Below, piece by piece: positions 45,505 through 56,138 of a DNA stretch of 64,000 nucleotides. Under the pieces are notes generated by a model. The model was not told the origin of the DNA, made no database searches, and saw only the letters and a program-made list of their open reading frames with translations. Source of the DNA: an uncultured Dehalococcoidales bacterium (GTDB lineage Bacteria; Chloroflexota; Dehalococcoidia; Dehalococcoidales; CAZFRL01); NCBI GenBank assembly GCA_964521325.1, contig CAZFRL010000001.1, positions 13,383 to 77,382 on the forward strand, in the 5' to 3' direction. The first letter of the stretch is position 1; each line of letters starts with the position of its first letter. The translations under genes were made by a program, and so were the position numbers.

Positions 45505-45975
45505 ATGATATTTGATCCAACTTCTTTAGCTACTCTAGGCGGAGCCTTAGCCTTGATTGGTGGCTTGGTCGGTTCCTCAATAGGTATAGCCAAGGCAGCG
45601 TCTGCCGGAACAGCTACCTTATCTGAGGATCCGGGGCAATTCAGGAGTGTTATAGTGCTATCGTCTCTACCAATGACTCAAAGCTTCTATGGGCTCATAG
45701 TATTGATACTTATTATAACAGCAGTAGTGCCTAAAGTGGTAGAAACAGGTGGCAGTGGCATGACTGTGCTTGGCATTGGGCTCATAGCATGCTTGGCGGA
45801 ACTGTTCTCAGCAATATACCAGGGCAGTGTGTGTGCTTCGGGTATCTCACTCCTGCCCAAGACAAAGGGACAGATATTTACCAGTAGCATGATGCTAGCT
45901 GTGTTTGTCGAGCTACTGGGTGTGTTGGGACTCGTGTTCACCATAATGGCATTAACTATGTTAGGGCTTATGTAG
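45505..45975 (+). CDS. atpK: A/V-type ATPase proteolipid subunit K (duplicated 4-TM c subunit)
   Basis: 156 aa, four helices. LPMTQSFYG, SAIYQGSV and VFVELLG align by eye with the Enterococcus hirae NtpK ion-site segments. Confidence 0.85.
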   Translation: MIFDPTSLATLGGALALIGGLVGSSIGIAKAASAGTATLSEDPGQFRSVIVLSSLPMTQSFYGLIVLILIITAVVPKVVETGGSGMTVLGIGLIACLAELFSAIYQGSVCASGISLLPKTKGQIFTSSMMLAVFVELLGVLGLVFTIMALTMLGLM

Positions 45976-45985
45976 AGGGAGTCTT

Positions 45986-46576
45986 ATGAGCGGAATGGAG
46001 AAAATAAGCGAGGCTATCTTAGACAGGGTAAAGGTGGATGCCCAGAATATAGTAAAAGAGGCTGAGAATAAAGCACGGGAAGGGATAGAGAAAGCTAAAA
46101 AGCAGCAGAAAGCAAAACTTGAGGAGGATAGAGGTAAGCTTATAGAAGAAGCTGAAGCTGAGGCTGCCCGAATCCTGGCTCAAGCTTCTATAAAGGTTCG
46201 CCAAGAGTTATTAACCGCCAAAACGGCAGTAATTGATGAGATAGTCGGCAGGGCGAAAAAGGCGTTGTCTGGGTCTTCGCATGATGAAAGCTTAGTCTTA
46301 AACCTGACTAAGGAAGCCATTAATACACTTGATATTGATAAAGCCAGGGTTTATGTTTCGCCCAGAGATAGTGCCGCTGTGAAAAAACTCATTAAGGGGG
46401 ATAAAGAATTAGCTAGTAAAGTAACGGAAGTAAAGGAGTTTGATTGCACCGGTGGGGTTATAGTTGAGGACATTGATGGTAAAATCAGGATAGATAATAC
46501 TTATGAGACCAGACTTGAGATGTTACTACCAAGACTATTGCCCGAGATAAATAAGGAGCTCTTTAAAGGTTTATAG
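45986..46576 (+). CDS. atpE: A/V-type ATPase subunit E
   Basis: 196 aa; N-terminal charged helix plus C-terminal globular domain (IRIDNTYETRLE). Confidence 0.8.
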   Translation: MSGMEKISEAILDRVKVDAQNIVKEAENKAREGIEKAKKQQKAKLEEDRGKLIEEAEAEAARILAQASIKVRQELLTAKTAVIDEIVGRAKKALSGSSHDESLVLNLTKEAINTLDIDKARVYVSPRDSAAVKKLIKGDKELASKVTEVKEFDCTGGVIVEDIDGKIRIDNTYETRLEMLLPRLLPEINKELFKGL

Positions 46577-46577
46577 G

Positions 46578-47624
46578 ATGGGTTTTTTTGATACCAGGTA
46601 TGCATTTATGTCGGCCTACCTGAAAGGTGAGGAGTCTAAAATTGTGACTGCCGATTATATTGATAGGATGTCGAATGTATCCAGTGTCCAGGATGTGTTA
46701 CAAATTATTAGAGGGACTGATATAGGGAGTTACCTTGAAGGAGTAACAGCTGAAACCTTTGATGATATTGATGAATACCTGTGGAGGTATTTGGGAGGGT
46801 GTCTTGAGCGCCTGGAATGGTTTAGGCCTGTGCCGGCTGACATACTTAAGGTATTGAGAGCGCATATAATAAAATACGATGTGTTAAATATCAAGGCTGC
46901 TTTGCAGGGTATTTCAATAGGTAGGGAAGCCCGTAGGCTACCGCTAGGGGTTATCCATAATTATGGGTTACTGGACGAGCTTTTCACTGCCGAAGATGTG
47001 GATAGCGTTATAGAGCTACTCAACAAATGCAAGCTTGGGGATTACGCATCTATCCTAAGGGAATACAAGGTAGATGGAGAGGTAAAATCAAACCTCTTGA
47101 CCGAAGCTAGATTAGATGGGGAGTATTATAAGAACCTGATAAATATGACCAGAGATACAGAAGAGGGCTCCATATTGGCCAAAGCCTTCAGTATCATAAT
47201 AGATTTGATAAACTTGCAGGTTATATTAAGAGCTGTAATTGAGGGTAGAGGGGTTGAAGCGGCTGAATCCACCATTGGCGGAGGGTATATAATATCAGGT
47301 GGACTCATTAGGGAGCTATTATCGCTTAAATTGACTGAGATACCCGGCAGGCTAAGGAATACTCTATACCACAATGTGGTGGAGGAAGTAGTAAGTAGCT
47401 ATGATAGAACTAAGAGCCTCATGGCTATAGATGAAATTATTGAGAAGCACAAGTTCAGATTGAGCAAGGAGATACTATCGCCGAGGGTGCTATCCCCTCT
47501 AGTGTTAGTTTGGTATTTAATGATTAAAGAGGTTGAAATACGAAACTTAAGGCTGATTCTAAAGGCAATGTTTGATAACATACCCGTGGAAGAAATAAAG
47601 ACGTATCTGGTATTTGCATCATGA
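46578..47624 (+). CDS. atpC: A/V-type ATPase subunit C (V-type d homologue)
   Basis: 348 aa; position and size fit, with YAFMSAYLKGEESK at the start. Confidence 0.75.
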   Translation: MGFFDTRYAFMSAYLKGEESKIVTADYIDRMSNVSSVQDVLQIIRGTDIGSYLEGVTAETFDDIDEYLWRYLGGCLERLEWFRPVPADILKVLRAHIIKYDVLNIKAALQGISIGREARRLPLGVIHNYGLLDELFTAEDVDSVIELLNKCKLGDYASILREYKVDGEVKSNLLTEARLDGEYYKNLINMTRDTEEGSILAKAFSIIIDLINLQVILRAVIEGRGVEAAESTIGGGYIISGGLIRELLSLKLTEIPGRLRNTLYHNVVEEVVSSYDRTKSLMAIDEIIEKHKFRLSKEILSPRVLSPLVLVWYLMIKEVEIRNLRLILKAMFDNIPVEEIKTYLVFAS

Positions 47625-47974
47625 TGCCGATTAAGCAAATGGGCATAGCCGTCATAGGAGACGAAGACCTAGTTAGTGGGATGAGATTAGCTGGTATCGG
47701 TAGATATCATCTAATAAAGGAAGACCACGATACTGGGGAAGAGGTTAGACAGGTTCTAAGTGGGCTGATAGCTGAGCCTGATGTTGGTGTGATAGTGATA
47801 CTGGAAGATTATGCGGAATACGTCAGTGATTTACTGACTCAAGTTAAAGAAGGTAAGAAAGTAACCCCGGTGATTGTTGAAGTTCCGTCAAAACGTGGCA
47901 GGGGCTATCAGGATGCCAGAGAATATTACAAGGCATATATTCGGAAATTTATCGGGTTTGATATAGAAATTTAA
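47621..47974 (+). CDS. atpF: A/V-type ATPase subunit F
   Basis: 117 aa; IAVIGDEDLVSGMRLAGI pattern. Confidence 0.8.
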   Translation: MMPIKQMGIAVIGDEDLVSGMRLAGIGRYHLIKEDHDTGEEVRQVLSGLIAEPDVGVIVILEDYAEYVSDLLTQVKEGKKVTPVIVEVPSKRGRGYQDAREYYKAYIRKFIGFDIEI

Positions 47975-48001
47975 CCCGAGTTTTACGGAGGTAATAAGGC
48001 T

Positions 48002-49753
48002 ATGGGAAGAATATGGAGGGTGTCAGGTCCCCTGGTTATAGCTGAGGATATGAAGGGAGCTCAGGTTTATGAGATTGTTGAGATAGGTGAGGAGGAACTT
48101 GTCGGCGAAATAATAGGCCTAGAAGGGGATAAGGCGATAATCCAGGCCCATGAGGAAACCTTGGAGTTAGAGGTTGGCCAGAAGGTTAGGGGAACAGGTA
48201 AAATTCTAACTGCTGAGTTGGGTCCGGGGATTGTGGGCTCCATTTATGACGGACTTCAAAAATCTTTGACCGAGTTGATGCAAGAAAGCTCGTTTATAAA
48301 GCGAGGGACAAAGGCGCTTGCGCTTGCCCGGGACAAAAAATGGCAGTTTACACCCAAAGTCAAGGCCGGGGATAAAGTTAATGAAGGGGATATAATTGGC
48401 ACGGTTCCTGAGACCGAGCTTATAGAACATAGAATAATGGTGCCCCAGGGGATTAGAGGTGTGGTAAAAAAGATAGGTAAAGGTGACTATACTGTTGAAG
48501 AACCAATAGCCCAGATAGAGCAGGACGGGAAAGTAAAAGAGATTAAACTAATGCAAGAATGGCCGGTAAGAAAACCAAGACCCTATAAGCGAAGACTAGA
48601 CCCATCGAAATTGCTCGTTACCGGCATGAGGATTATAGACTACATGTTTCCTTTAGCCTTAGGTGGTAAAGGTGCCATACCCGGAGGCTTTGGCACCGGA
48701 AAGACTGTTGCCTTACAGCAATTGGCTAGATGGGCTCAGACCCAGCTCAATATTTATGTTGGCTGCGGCGAAAGAGGCAATGAGATGGCTGATGTGCTTT
48801 ATAGCTTCAGGAAGCTTAAAGACCCGACGACAGACAGGTTGTTGCAAGAGAAGGAAATATTTCTGGCTAACACTTCCAATATGCCTGTTGTTGCCCGTGA
48901 ATCAAGTATCTTTGTTGGTATCACTATCGGTGAGTACTTTAGGGATATGGGTTATGACGTTCTACTGGTCGCAGATTCAACCTCGAGGTGGGCTGAAGCC
49001 ATGAGGGAAATCAGCGGAAGACTGGAAGAGATGCCGGGGGAGGAAGGCTTCCCGGCATATCTTGGGTCACGGCTCTCCTCATTTTATGAAAGGGCAGGAT
49101 TAGTCGAATGCTTGGGCAGTCCAGATAGAACCGGCTCGGTAACAGTAGCCGGTGCAGTAAGCCCTCCCGGGGCTGACTTCAGCGAGCCGGTAACTCAGCA
49201 TACCCTCAGAATAGTAGATGCCTTATACTCTCTGGATGTTGCGCTAGCCAACAGAAGGCACTTCCCAGCGATAAGTTGGCTCACTAGCTACAGTCTATAT
49301 GCTGAGGATGTTAAAGATTGGTGGAGTGAGTTCGCTCCAGAATGGGCAGATACAAGAGCCACGGCACTGAAGGTTTTACAGGAGGAGGCGGCGCTGGAGG
49401 AGATTGTAAGACTTGTCGGTCCTGAGGCTTTGCCCGAAAGGGACAAATTGTTACTGCTAGTGGCAAGGATGATACGCGAGGATTTCCTCATGCAAAGTGC
49501 CTACCATGAAATTGATACCTACTGCATGCCGGCAAGGGCTCATCTCATGCTCATGACCATAGTAAAGTTTTACCAATTAGCGCAGGAGATGTTGGATTCT
49601 GGGGTAGATGTTGGCCAGATTCGCTCTTCCCCGATGGTGCCTAGAATATCTAGGATGAAAGATATACCCAACGATGTCTTTGAGCAGAGAATCAAGGAAT
49701 TATGGTCGGAGATGGAAGTAAGCCTAGTAGCTGAGAAGGGAGGGGTCTCATGA
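48002..49753 (+). CDS. atpA: A/V-type ATPase catalytic subunit A
   Basis: 583 aa; Walker [11 protein letters not shown], the non-homologous insert region, and GERGNEM. Confidence 0.95.
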   Translation: MGRIWRVSGPLVIAEDMKGAQVYEIVEIGEEELVGEIIGLEGDKAIIQAHEETLELEVGQKVRGTGKILTAELGPGIVGSIYDGLQKSLTELMQESSFIKRGTKALALARDKKWQFTPKVKAGDKVNEGDIIGTVPETELIEHRIMVPQGIRGVVKKIGKGDYTVEEPIAQIEQDGKVKEIKLMQEWPVRKPRPYKRRLDPSKLLVTGMRIIDYMFPLALGGKGAIPGGFGTGKTVALQQLARWAQTQLNIYVGCGERGNEMADVLYSFRKLKDPTTDRLLQEKEIFLANTSNMPVVARESSIFVGITIGEYFRDMGYDVLLVADSTSRWAEAMREISGRLEEMPGEEGFPAYLGSRLSSFYERAGLVECLGSPDRTGSVTVAGAVSPPGADFSEPVTQHTLRIVDALYSLDVALANRRHFPAISWLTSYSLYAEDVKDWWSEFAPEWADTRATALKVLQEEAALEEIVRLVGPEALPERDKLLLLVARMIREDFLMQSAYHEIDTYCMPARAHLMLMTIVKFYQLAQEMLDSGVDVGQIRSSPMVPRISRMKDIPNDVFEQRIKELWSEMEVSLVAEKGGVS

Positions 49754-51144
49754 GTCTTTACATTAAAGAAGCAAGAGCAATTAACCGGGCTAAAGGGTCT
49801 TTGCTCGTAGCCGAGAGTATCCCCGGTATAAAATTTGGGGAGATAGTTGATGTCCAACTCTCAACTGGTGAGGTAAAGCGGGGTCAGGCAATAGACATTA
49901 GCAAAGAGGTAACCATAATCCAGGTATTTGGTGGCATTAGTGAAGTCGACCTTATTGGAAGTAAGATAAGGTGCAGAGGCGAGACTTTAAAGCTGCCGGT
50001 ATCAATCGATATCTTGGGAAGGGTCTTTAACGGAATGGGAGAGCCTATAGATGGTGGCCCACCTGTTATCCCTGAAGACTATCTAGATGTTAGTGGTGAG
50101 CCGATGAACCCCGCCTCCCGTGAGCCCCCGGCTGAGTTTATTGAAACCGGAATATCAGCCATAGACGGCTTAAATGCTTTGGTCAGGGGACAGAAACTGC
50201 CAATATTCAGTGGCTCGGGTCTACCCCATAATCGAATCGTAGCTCAAGTTATTCGACAGGCTAAAGTTCGGGGTAAAGAGGAAAAATTTGCCATAGTGTT
50301 TGCTGCCATTGGTGTTAGTTATGATGATGCCTCCTTTTTCATGGCAAATCTTGAGAAGACAGGGGCTCGGGAAAGAACGGTAGCCTTCATCAATACAGCT
50401 TCAGACCCGGTTATAGAGCGAATATCAACGCCTAAGTTAGCCTTAACCGCTGCCCAGTATCTATCCTGGGAACACAGTATGCATGTGCTGGCAATACTTA
50501 CTGATATGACCAATTATTGTGAAGCCCTTCGTGAACTTTCTGCCATGCGAGAGGAGATACCATCAAGGAGAGGATATCCTGGATACATGTATACCGACCT
50601 AGCCACAATGTATGAGAGGGCGGGTAGAATTTCTGGAAGGGAAGGCTCAGTAACCATAATGCCCATTTTAACCATGCCTAATGATGACATAACTCATCCT
50701 ATACCTGACCTTACCGGCTATATTACTGAAGGGCAGATTGTGCTTTCTCGAGAGCATGAGAGGAAGGGGATATACCCGCCAATAGATGTGTTCTTGTCGC
50801 TGTCGCGGATGATGAAGGAAGGAATCGGGCCGGGTAAGACTAGGGAAGACCATAACAATGTCTTTATGCAGTTATACGCCGCCTATGCCGAAGGGTGCAG
50901 CCTCAGGGAGATATCAACCATCATCGGGGCTGAGGCATTGAGTGATAGGGACAAAATTTACCTGACCAATGCAGACTCGTTTGAGAGAGAATTCATATCT
51001 CAGGGTGAGTTTGAAAGCAGAACGGTAGAAGAAACCCTGGATACAGGCTGGAAATTATTTTCAGCATTACCTGAGGAAGACCTGAAGCTAATTAGCGAGG
51101 AACTAATTAAAAAATATCTCTCCAAGCATTCGGAAAAGACGTAG
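49750..51144 (+). CDS. atpB: A/V-type ATPase subunit B
   Basis: 464 aa; SGSGLPHN degenerate P-loop and [13 protein letters not shown]. Confidence 0.95.
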   Translation: MSLYIKEARAINRAKGSLLVAESIPGIKFGEIVDVQLSTGEVKRGQAIDISKEVTIIQVFGGISEVDLIGSKIRCRGETLKLPVSIDILGRVFNGMGEPIDGGPPVIPEDYLDVSGEPMNPASREPPAEFIETGISAIDGLNALVRGQKLPIFSGSGLPHNRIVAQVIRQAKVRGKEEKFAIVFAAIGVSYDDASFFMANLEKTGARERTVAFINTASDPVIERISTPKLALTAAQYLSWEHSMHVLAILTDMTNYCEALRELSAMREEIPSRRGYPGYMYTDLATMYERAGRISGREGSVTIMPILTMPNDDITHPIPDLTGYITEGQIVLSREHERKGIYPPIDVFLSLSRMMKEGIGPGKTREDHNNVFMQLYAAYAEGCSLREISTIIGAEALSDRDKIYLTNADSFEREFISQGEFESRTVEETLDTGWKLFSALPEEDLKLISEELIKKYLSKHSEKT

Positions 51145-51153
51145 GATGGGTGA

Positions 51154-51786
51154 ATGCCTCAGCAATTAATCAAAGTTAGGCCGACAAAGATTGAGCTTAT
51201 TAAGCTAAAGCGTCGACTTTCATTGGCCGAGAGAATACAGAAGATAGTAAAAGACAGACTGTCAATACTAACCATGGAGTTTTTGCAGACAGCCAGAGAG
51301 ATTGTAGGGGCTAAAGGTAAACTACTTACCCAGATTTTTGAGGATTATAAGGCGCTATCAATGGCTGCCGGGTATCATGGCTACATAACATTGGAGAAAG
51401 AGCTAATAGCCAATGAGACCGAATTAAAGTTGGTCACCGGCTCAAGAAATATAGCCGGAGTGAAAACCCCTTCCTTTGAACTAGCCGAGAAGGAAAAGAC
51501 AGTAAGAGGGTATAGCTTATTTGATACCTCTTCATACTTGGATCAGGCAGCACAACTATCGGGAAAATGCCTTGAGGCTATTGTCGAGCTGGCTGAGCTC
51601 CAGAGGGGTCTTGAGTTATTGGGAATGGAAATAAATAGGACAAAAAGAATAGTTAATGCCTTAGAATATATAATAATTCCCGGGTTACAAGAGACAATAA
51701 GAGACTTAGATATGAAGTTTGAGGAAAGGGATAGGGAGGAGAAATCACGGCTGAAGCGGGTAAAGGTGCTACTTCAACGAGGGTAG
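51154..51786 (+). CDS. atpD: A/V-type ATPase subunit D (central stalk)
   Basis: 210 aa; VRPTKIELIKLKRRL start and coiled-coil ends. Confidence 0.85.
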   Translation: MPQQLIKVRPTKIELIKLKRRLSLAERIQKIVKDRLSILTMEFLQTAREIVGAKGKLLTQIFEDYKALSMAAGYHGYITLEKELIANETELKLVTGSRNIAGVKTPSFELAEKEKTVRGYSLFDTSSYLDQAAQLSGKCLEAIVELAELQRGLELLGMEINRTKRIVNALEYIIIPGLQETIRDLDMKFEERDREEKSRLKRVKVLLQRG

Positions 51787-51790
51787 ATAG

Positions 51791-52228
51791 ATGGCTAACG
51801 AATCGCCTTACGAAAGGATGCTTCACGAGTGTTTAAAGAACGAGCTCAGGGTGCTAAACGCCCATCTGCCATACCGTCAAAAACCGCTATCGGGTTTATT
51901 AGACGAGGAATACCCTCATGTAGTATGCAATGATGGCAGCACCCATCTTTTCAAAAGGAAAGAGTTAGAGTACCTGGCAGGCATGTTAAATACCGAGGAG
52001 CAGGAAGTATTGTTACTGCCCATGCTTATACAACTGGGTCCAAATCAAGATGAGGCGGCGATAATATGTGAGCAAGGAATCGAGGAGAAGATTATTTCAA
52101 AGATTCTTAAAATGCCCCTCACCTCCAAGGGGAAAAGGATTACGATATACAAGCCGCAGTTAGGCGTACTAAGGAAGGTATTAAAAACAACAACGCAGTA
52201 TCTATTTTCCCCTGAAACCCTCACCTAA
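51791..52228 (+). CDS. UPF0216/DUF61-family protein (archaeal-type)
   Basis: LNAHLPYRQKPLSGLLDEEYPHVVCNDGSTHLFKRKELEYLA...LLLPMLI...KTTTQYLF matches my memory of the archaeal UPF0216 pattern. 4 nt after the atpD stop. Confidence 0.55.
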   Translation: MANESPYERMLHECLKNELRVLNAHLPYRQKPLSGLLDEEYPHVVCNDGSTHLFKRKELEYLAGMLNTEEQEVLLLPMLIQLGPNQDEAAIICEQGIEEKIISKILKMPLTSKGKRITIYKPQLGVLRKVLKTTTQYLFSPETLT

Positions 52229-52347
52229 CCTGTCTTCTTTCGTAACTACTAATGCCACCCACTCAATTTTGAAATTAATACACTGCTTGTTGTCACCTCG
52301 ATAAATATAAAAACTCTTGACGTTATACACGGTTTCGTGTAAAGTAA

Positions 52348-53745
52348 ATGAGGGGGGATTATAGGTTTTTGGGCTATTCGGTAGGAGAACAAGTAAAAGT
52401 ACCAGAGAGTTTGGTGGTTAAAATCTGGCAGCGCCTGCTATTGGATGGAACAGAGCTGACCACTGAGGAAGGTGAGTCAGTAAAGATAATCTACCCGGGA
52501 AGGTCTAATGATGACCAAGGGGCTGATTTCCGGGATGTGGTTCTTACTATCAGTGGCAGGTTGGCAATCGGGGATATAGAAGTTCATACTAAATCTAGTG
52601 ATTGGCAAGCGCACCGGCACCAGGACAACCCCGTCTATAACCGGGTAATCTTGCATGTGGTGATGTGGGACGATACCGGGATAGCTACCAATCTCCCCAA
52701 CGGAGAGACTATTCCTACTGTTGTCCTTCACAAATACATAAAGAGCCCGATTAGCCAGTGGACTAACCCTCTGCCTACCATAAGTGTGCCTTGCCTTAAA
52801 GCTGCAGAACGCCTGACTAAAGGCGTTATAGTCGAATTCCTAGATAGTGCCGGGGAGGAACGGTTTTTAGCCAAGGCTGCCCGGTTTCAAACAGATTTAG
52901 GTCAGATGGAGGCAGGTCAGTGCCTTTATCAGGGGATAATGGGTGCTCTGGGTTACTCCAAGAATAAGTTACCCTTCCTGGAGTTAGCCAGCAGGTTGTC
53001 ACTCCAGCGTCTAGAATCTATAAGCCGGGGTAAAATATCAGATGGGGAATGTCTTGCTTGGCAACAGGCTTTATTATTAGGTACTGCTGGGCTACTTCCC
53101 TCACAGCGCCCCAATTGGCACCTAGGGAATGATGAGTGGGTAGATACATTAGAGGGGCTATGGACTTCTTCTTGTCAGGCTAGGGCAATGTCCCATGGTG
53201 ATTGGCACCTGTTCAAGGTCAGACCAAACAACTTCCCCATTCGCCGCATAGTAGCTATGAGTTACCTCATACTTCGCTGTAGGGAGAGGGGGATATTGGA
53301 TGAGGTGGTTAATATGATAAGAGGTGTGGCTATCAACAAAAACCACCGCGGATTAGAAGAGGGGTTAACAGTTACCACCAGTGATTACTGGGCAAGCCAC
53401 TTTGACTTTGGGTCAGGTTGTAGAATAAAAACGCCAACTCTTCTTGGTAGCAGGCGAGCGGCTGGTATTGTGGTCAATGTCGTTCTGCCCTTCGCTTACG
53501 CCTGGAGCAGAGTTAACTCTCATCCAGAAATTGAGAAGGAGGCATTTGACCTTTATCATAGTTATCCTCGGCTGGCAGTAAACGCCGTGGAAAGGCATAT
53601 GAGGAACCAGCTTGGGTTAAACAATAGCCTAGTCAACTCAGCCCGACGTCAACAAGGGCTGATTCACATCTATAATACTCTGTGCACTCGAGGTAAATGT
53701 AACTGCTGCCCTTTAAGCCAGCCTGAGGCTGGGAATCACGTCTAA
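52348..53745 (+). CDS. DUF2851-family protein
   Basis: KIWQ...[14 protein letters not shown]...[15 protein letters not shown]...[13 protein letters not shown] is the DUF2851 N-terminal signature. The start codon is uncertain (see findings). Confidence 0.6.
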   Translation: MRGDYRFLGYSVGEQVKVPESLVVKIWQRLLLDGTELTTEEGESVKIIYPGRSNDDQGADFRDVVLTISGRLAIGDIEVHTKSSDWQAHRHQDNPVYNRVILHVVMWDDTGIATNLPNGETIPTVVLHKYIKSPISQWTNPLPTISVPCLKAAERLTKGVIVEFLDSAGEERFLAKAARFQTDLGQMEAGQCLYQGIMGALGYSKNKLPFLELASRLSLQRLESISRGKISDGECLAWQQALLLGTAGLLPSQRPNWHLGNDEWVDTLEGLWTSSCQARAMSHGDWHLFKVRPNNFPIRRIVAMSYLILRCRERGILDEVVNMIRGVAINKNHRGLEEGLTVTTSDYWASHFDFGSGCRIKTPTLLGSRRAAGIVVNVVLPFAYAWSRVNSHPEIEKEAFDLYHSYPRLAVNAVERHMRNQLGLNNSLVNSARRQQGLIHIYNTLCTRGKCNCCPLSQPEAGNHV

Positions 53746-54705
53746 ATCTAAGCCATCAATCTTGCCTGCCTGGAGCCGGTAATAGCCGCAAGCAGCAATC
53801 ATAGCGGCATTATCAGTGCATAACACCGGCTCAGGAACCAGGACGGGGATGGATGAGTTTTGTGCTAGCCGCTGACGAAGTAATTCATTTGATGCCACCC
53901 CACCAGCCAGTAGAATCTGCTTTACCCGGTGCTCTTTGGCTACGGCTACAGTCTTGGTCACCAGAACATCAACTACTGCTTCCTGAAAGCTGGCAGCAGC
54001 ATCAGCCTCGTTTGAGACCATTCCCTTCTCCACTGCTCGTAACAGGGCTGTCTTGACGCCGCTAAAGCTGAAGTCGCTTGTCCCCTTTAGCCAGGCACGA
54101 GGTAGCTGAATAGAGACAGCATTCCCACTCCTGGCTGCCTGCTCAATAGCCGGACCCCCGGGATAACCCAGCCCTAATATCCTGGCAGCTTTGTCAAAGG
54201 CTTCGCCGGCGGCGTCATCCCGTGTCCGTCCTAATATTACATAATCTCCGTGTCCTCTCATTAGTACCAGGTCACTATGCCCCCCGGAAACAATGAGGCA
54301 TAACAAGGGGAAGTCAGGAACAGAACCAGGGCTGCTGTCACCCAGCCAATTAGCATAGATATGACCTTCAAGATGATTAACCCCGGTAATAGATAGCCCT
54401 TGAGCTAAAGCAGTAGCCTTAGCCACATTTACTCCGACCAGCAATGAGCCAGCCAGACCAGGACCGATGGTGACAGCAATGCCATCCAAATCACTCCAGG
54501 TAGCCCTGGCTTCAGCCATTGCCTGTTCAATAATGGGGATAATAGCCAGAATGTGTTGCCTGGAGGCTACCTCAGGCACAATACCCCCGTGGCGAGCATG
54601 GATTTCCACCTGAGAGGCAATCTGATTGGACAGAATTCTGGCTCCATCCTCCACCACCGCCGCTGCTGTTTCATCACAAGAGGTCTCAATGCCCAGAATT
54701 TTCAT
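53713..54705 (-). CDS. tsaD: tRNA N6-adenosine threonylcarbamoyltransferase
   Basis: [18 protein letters not shown] and HLEGH metal motif; 330 aa. Confidence 0.95.
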   Translation of the reverse strand: MKILGIETSCDETAAAVVEDGARILSNQIASQVEIHARHGGIVPEVASRQHILAIIPIIEQAMAEARATWSDLDGIAVTIGPGLAGSLLVGVNVAKATALAQGLSITGVNHLEGHIYANWLGDSSPGSVPDFPLLCLIVSGGHSDLVLMRGHGDYVILGRTRDDAAGEAFDKAARILGLGYPGGPAIEQAARSGNAVSIQLPRAWLKGTSDFSFSGVKTALLRAVEKGMVSNEADAAASFQEAVVDVLVTKTVAVAKEHRVKQILLAGGVASNELLRQRLAQNSSIPVLVPEPVLCTDNAAMIAACGYYRLQAGKIDGLDLDVIPSLRLA

Positions 54706-54779
54706 ACATCTGGATTATAGCATAGCCATTAGGGAACAAAACACCGCTGGAGGTTGGTAATAAATATCACATAATTGTT

Positions 54780-54808
54780 TTGACACCCCTATTAGCCAAT
54801 GCTATGAT
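54780..54808 (+). promoter_or_regulatory. sigma70-type promoter for the 54864 operon
   Basis: TTGACA (54780-54785), 17 nt, TATGAT (54803-54808). Confidence 0.5.
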
Positions 54809-54863
54809 GATTGAAAGGAATACTTAAGGGAGGTCTTATTCAATAAGAGTGGGGTGATGTTAT

Positions 54864-56138
54864 ATGTCTAGTATCGGAATAATATACCTAATACCTCTTG
54901 TCGTTTGTCTTTTGCTATCAGCCTTCTTCTCCAGTTCGGAAACAGCCTTTGTTTCCCTGGAGCGGTTCAGGGTGGAGCACATGGTTAACACTAAGGTAAA
55001 GGGGGCAGAACGAGTAGCCAGGATGGTTCAGAGACCAGAGAAGTTTCTATCCACTGTCCTGCTGGGTAACAACCTGGTAAACACCGCCGCCGCTGCTCTC
55101 GGTACGGCGCTGGCTATCCATTTTTGGGGTGAAAAAGGAATCCTTATTTCCACCATAGGAGTAACCGTCCTTCTCCTGATATTTTGTGAAACTACCCCTA
55201 AAACCATAGCTACCCAGCATGCTGAGAGGTTGTCGTTAGCCTTTGCTCGACCAATAGAGATAGTATCGTGGATATTTACTCCTTTTGTGATAGTGCTGAG
55301 CTGGATAGCCACCGGATTTAGTAAGCTGGCGGGAGGAGCACCTGTGCCCAGGTCCCTGGTCAGCGATGAAGAAATTCGCACCATGATATCAGTGGGACAC
55401 AGGGAAGGAACGGTAGAGGAGTCCGAAGCCGAGATGCTGCACAAGGTCTTTGACTTTGGTGACCGGCCGGTTAGGGAGGCTACAGTCCCACGTACCGAAG
55501 TGATAAGCGTAGAGAAAGGGACTAAGCTAGCTGATTTCCTTAGTCTCTATGCTGAGAATCCGATGTCTCGGTTTCCAGTATATCAGGATAATATGGATAA
55601 TGTAGTTGGCATCTTATCGGTAAAAGATGTGCTCATGGCTGAGGCTAAGGGGACTATTACTAAAGAGGATGCCATTGATGACCTGATTCGTCCGGCTTAT
55701 TTTGCCCCTGAGAGCAAGCGTATTAACGAGCTGTTTGCTGAGATGCGTGATAATAACTATCGGATGTGCGTGGTGGTAGATGAATTTGGTGGCACTGCTG
55801 GTGTAGTCAGCCTCAGCCGCTTGGTTGAAGAGATTGTTGGCCCGGTAGGGGATGAGCTAGCTGCGGTAGAAAAGGAGTACGAGGCAATTAATGAGTATAC
55901 CTTCCAAATCGATGGTGGTATGCGTATTGAGGAGGCAAATGAGGAGATGGGTTTGGAGTTGCCCTCGGGTGATTATGAAACAGTAGCTGGCTTCGTGCTC
56001 AACCTTTTGGGGCATATACCTAGGCTAGGCGAGCAGTTAAGGTATAAAGGCATGAAGCTAGTGATAACAGAAATGCGGGGAGTAAAAATCGAAAAAATCC
56101 TGTTGACCAAGGAAAAACATGCAGCGTCTGCGCGTTAG
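54864..56138 (+). CDS. CNNM/HlyC-CorC family transporter (DUF21 + CBS pair + CorC_HlyC)
   Basis: N-terminal 4-TM DUF21 (SSSETAF), a CBS pair and a C-terminal transporter-associated domain. Confidence 0.8.
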   Translation: MSSIGIIYLIPLVVCLLLSAFFSSSETAFVSLERFRVEHMVNTKVKGAERVARMVQRPEKFLSTVLLGNNLVNTAAAALGTALAIHFWGEKGILISTIGVTVLLLIFCETTPKTIATQHAERLSLAFARPIEIVSWIFTPFVIVLSWIATGFSKLAGGAPVPRSLVSDEEIRTMISVGHREGTVEESEAEMLHKVFDFGDRPVREATVPRTEVISVEKGTKLADFLSLYAENPMSRFPVYQDNMDNVVGILSVKDVLMAEAKGTITKEDAIDDLIRPAYFAPESKRINELFAEMRDNNYRMCVVVDEFGGTAGVVSLSRLVEEIVGPVGDELAAVEKEYEAINEYTFQIDGGMRIEEANEEMGLELPSGDYETVAGFVLNLLGHIPRLGEQLRYKGMKLVITEMRGVKIEKILLTKEKHAASAR

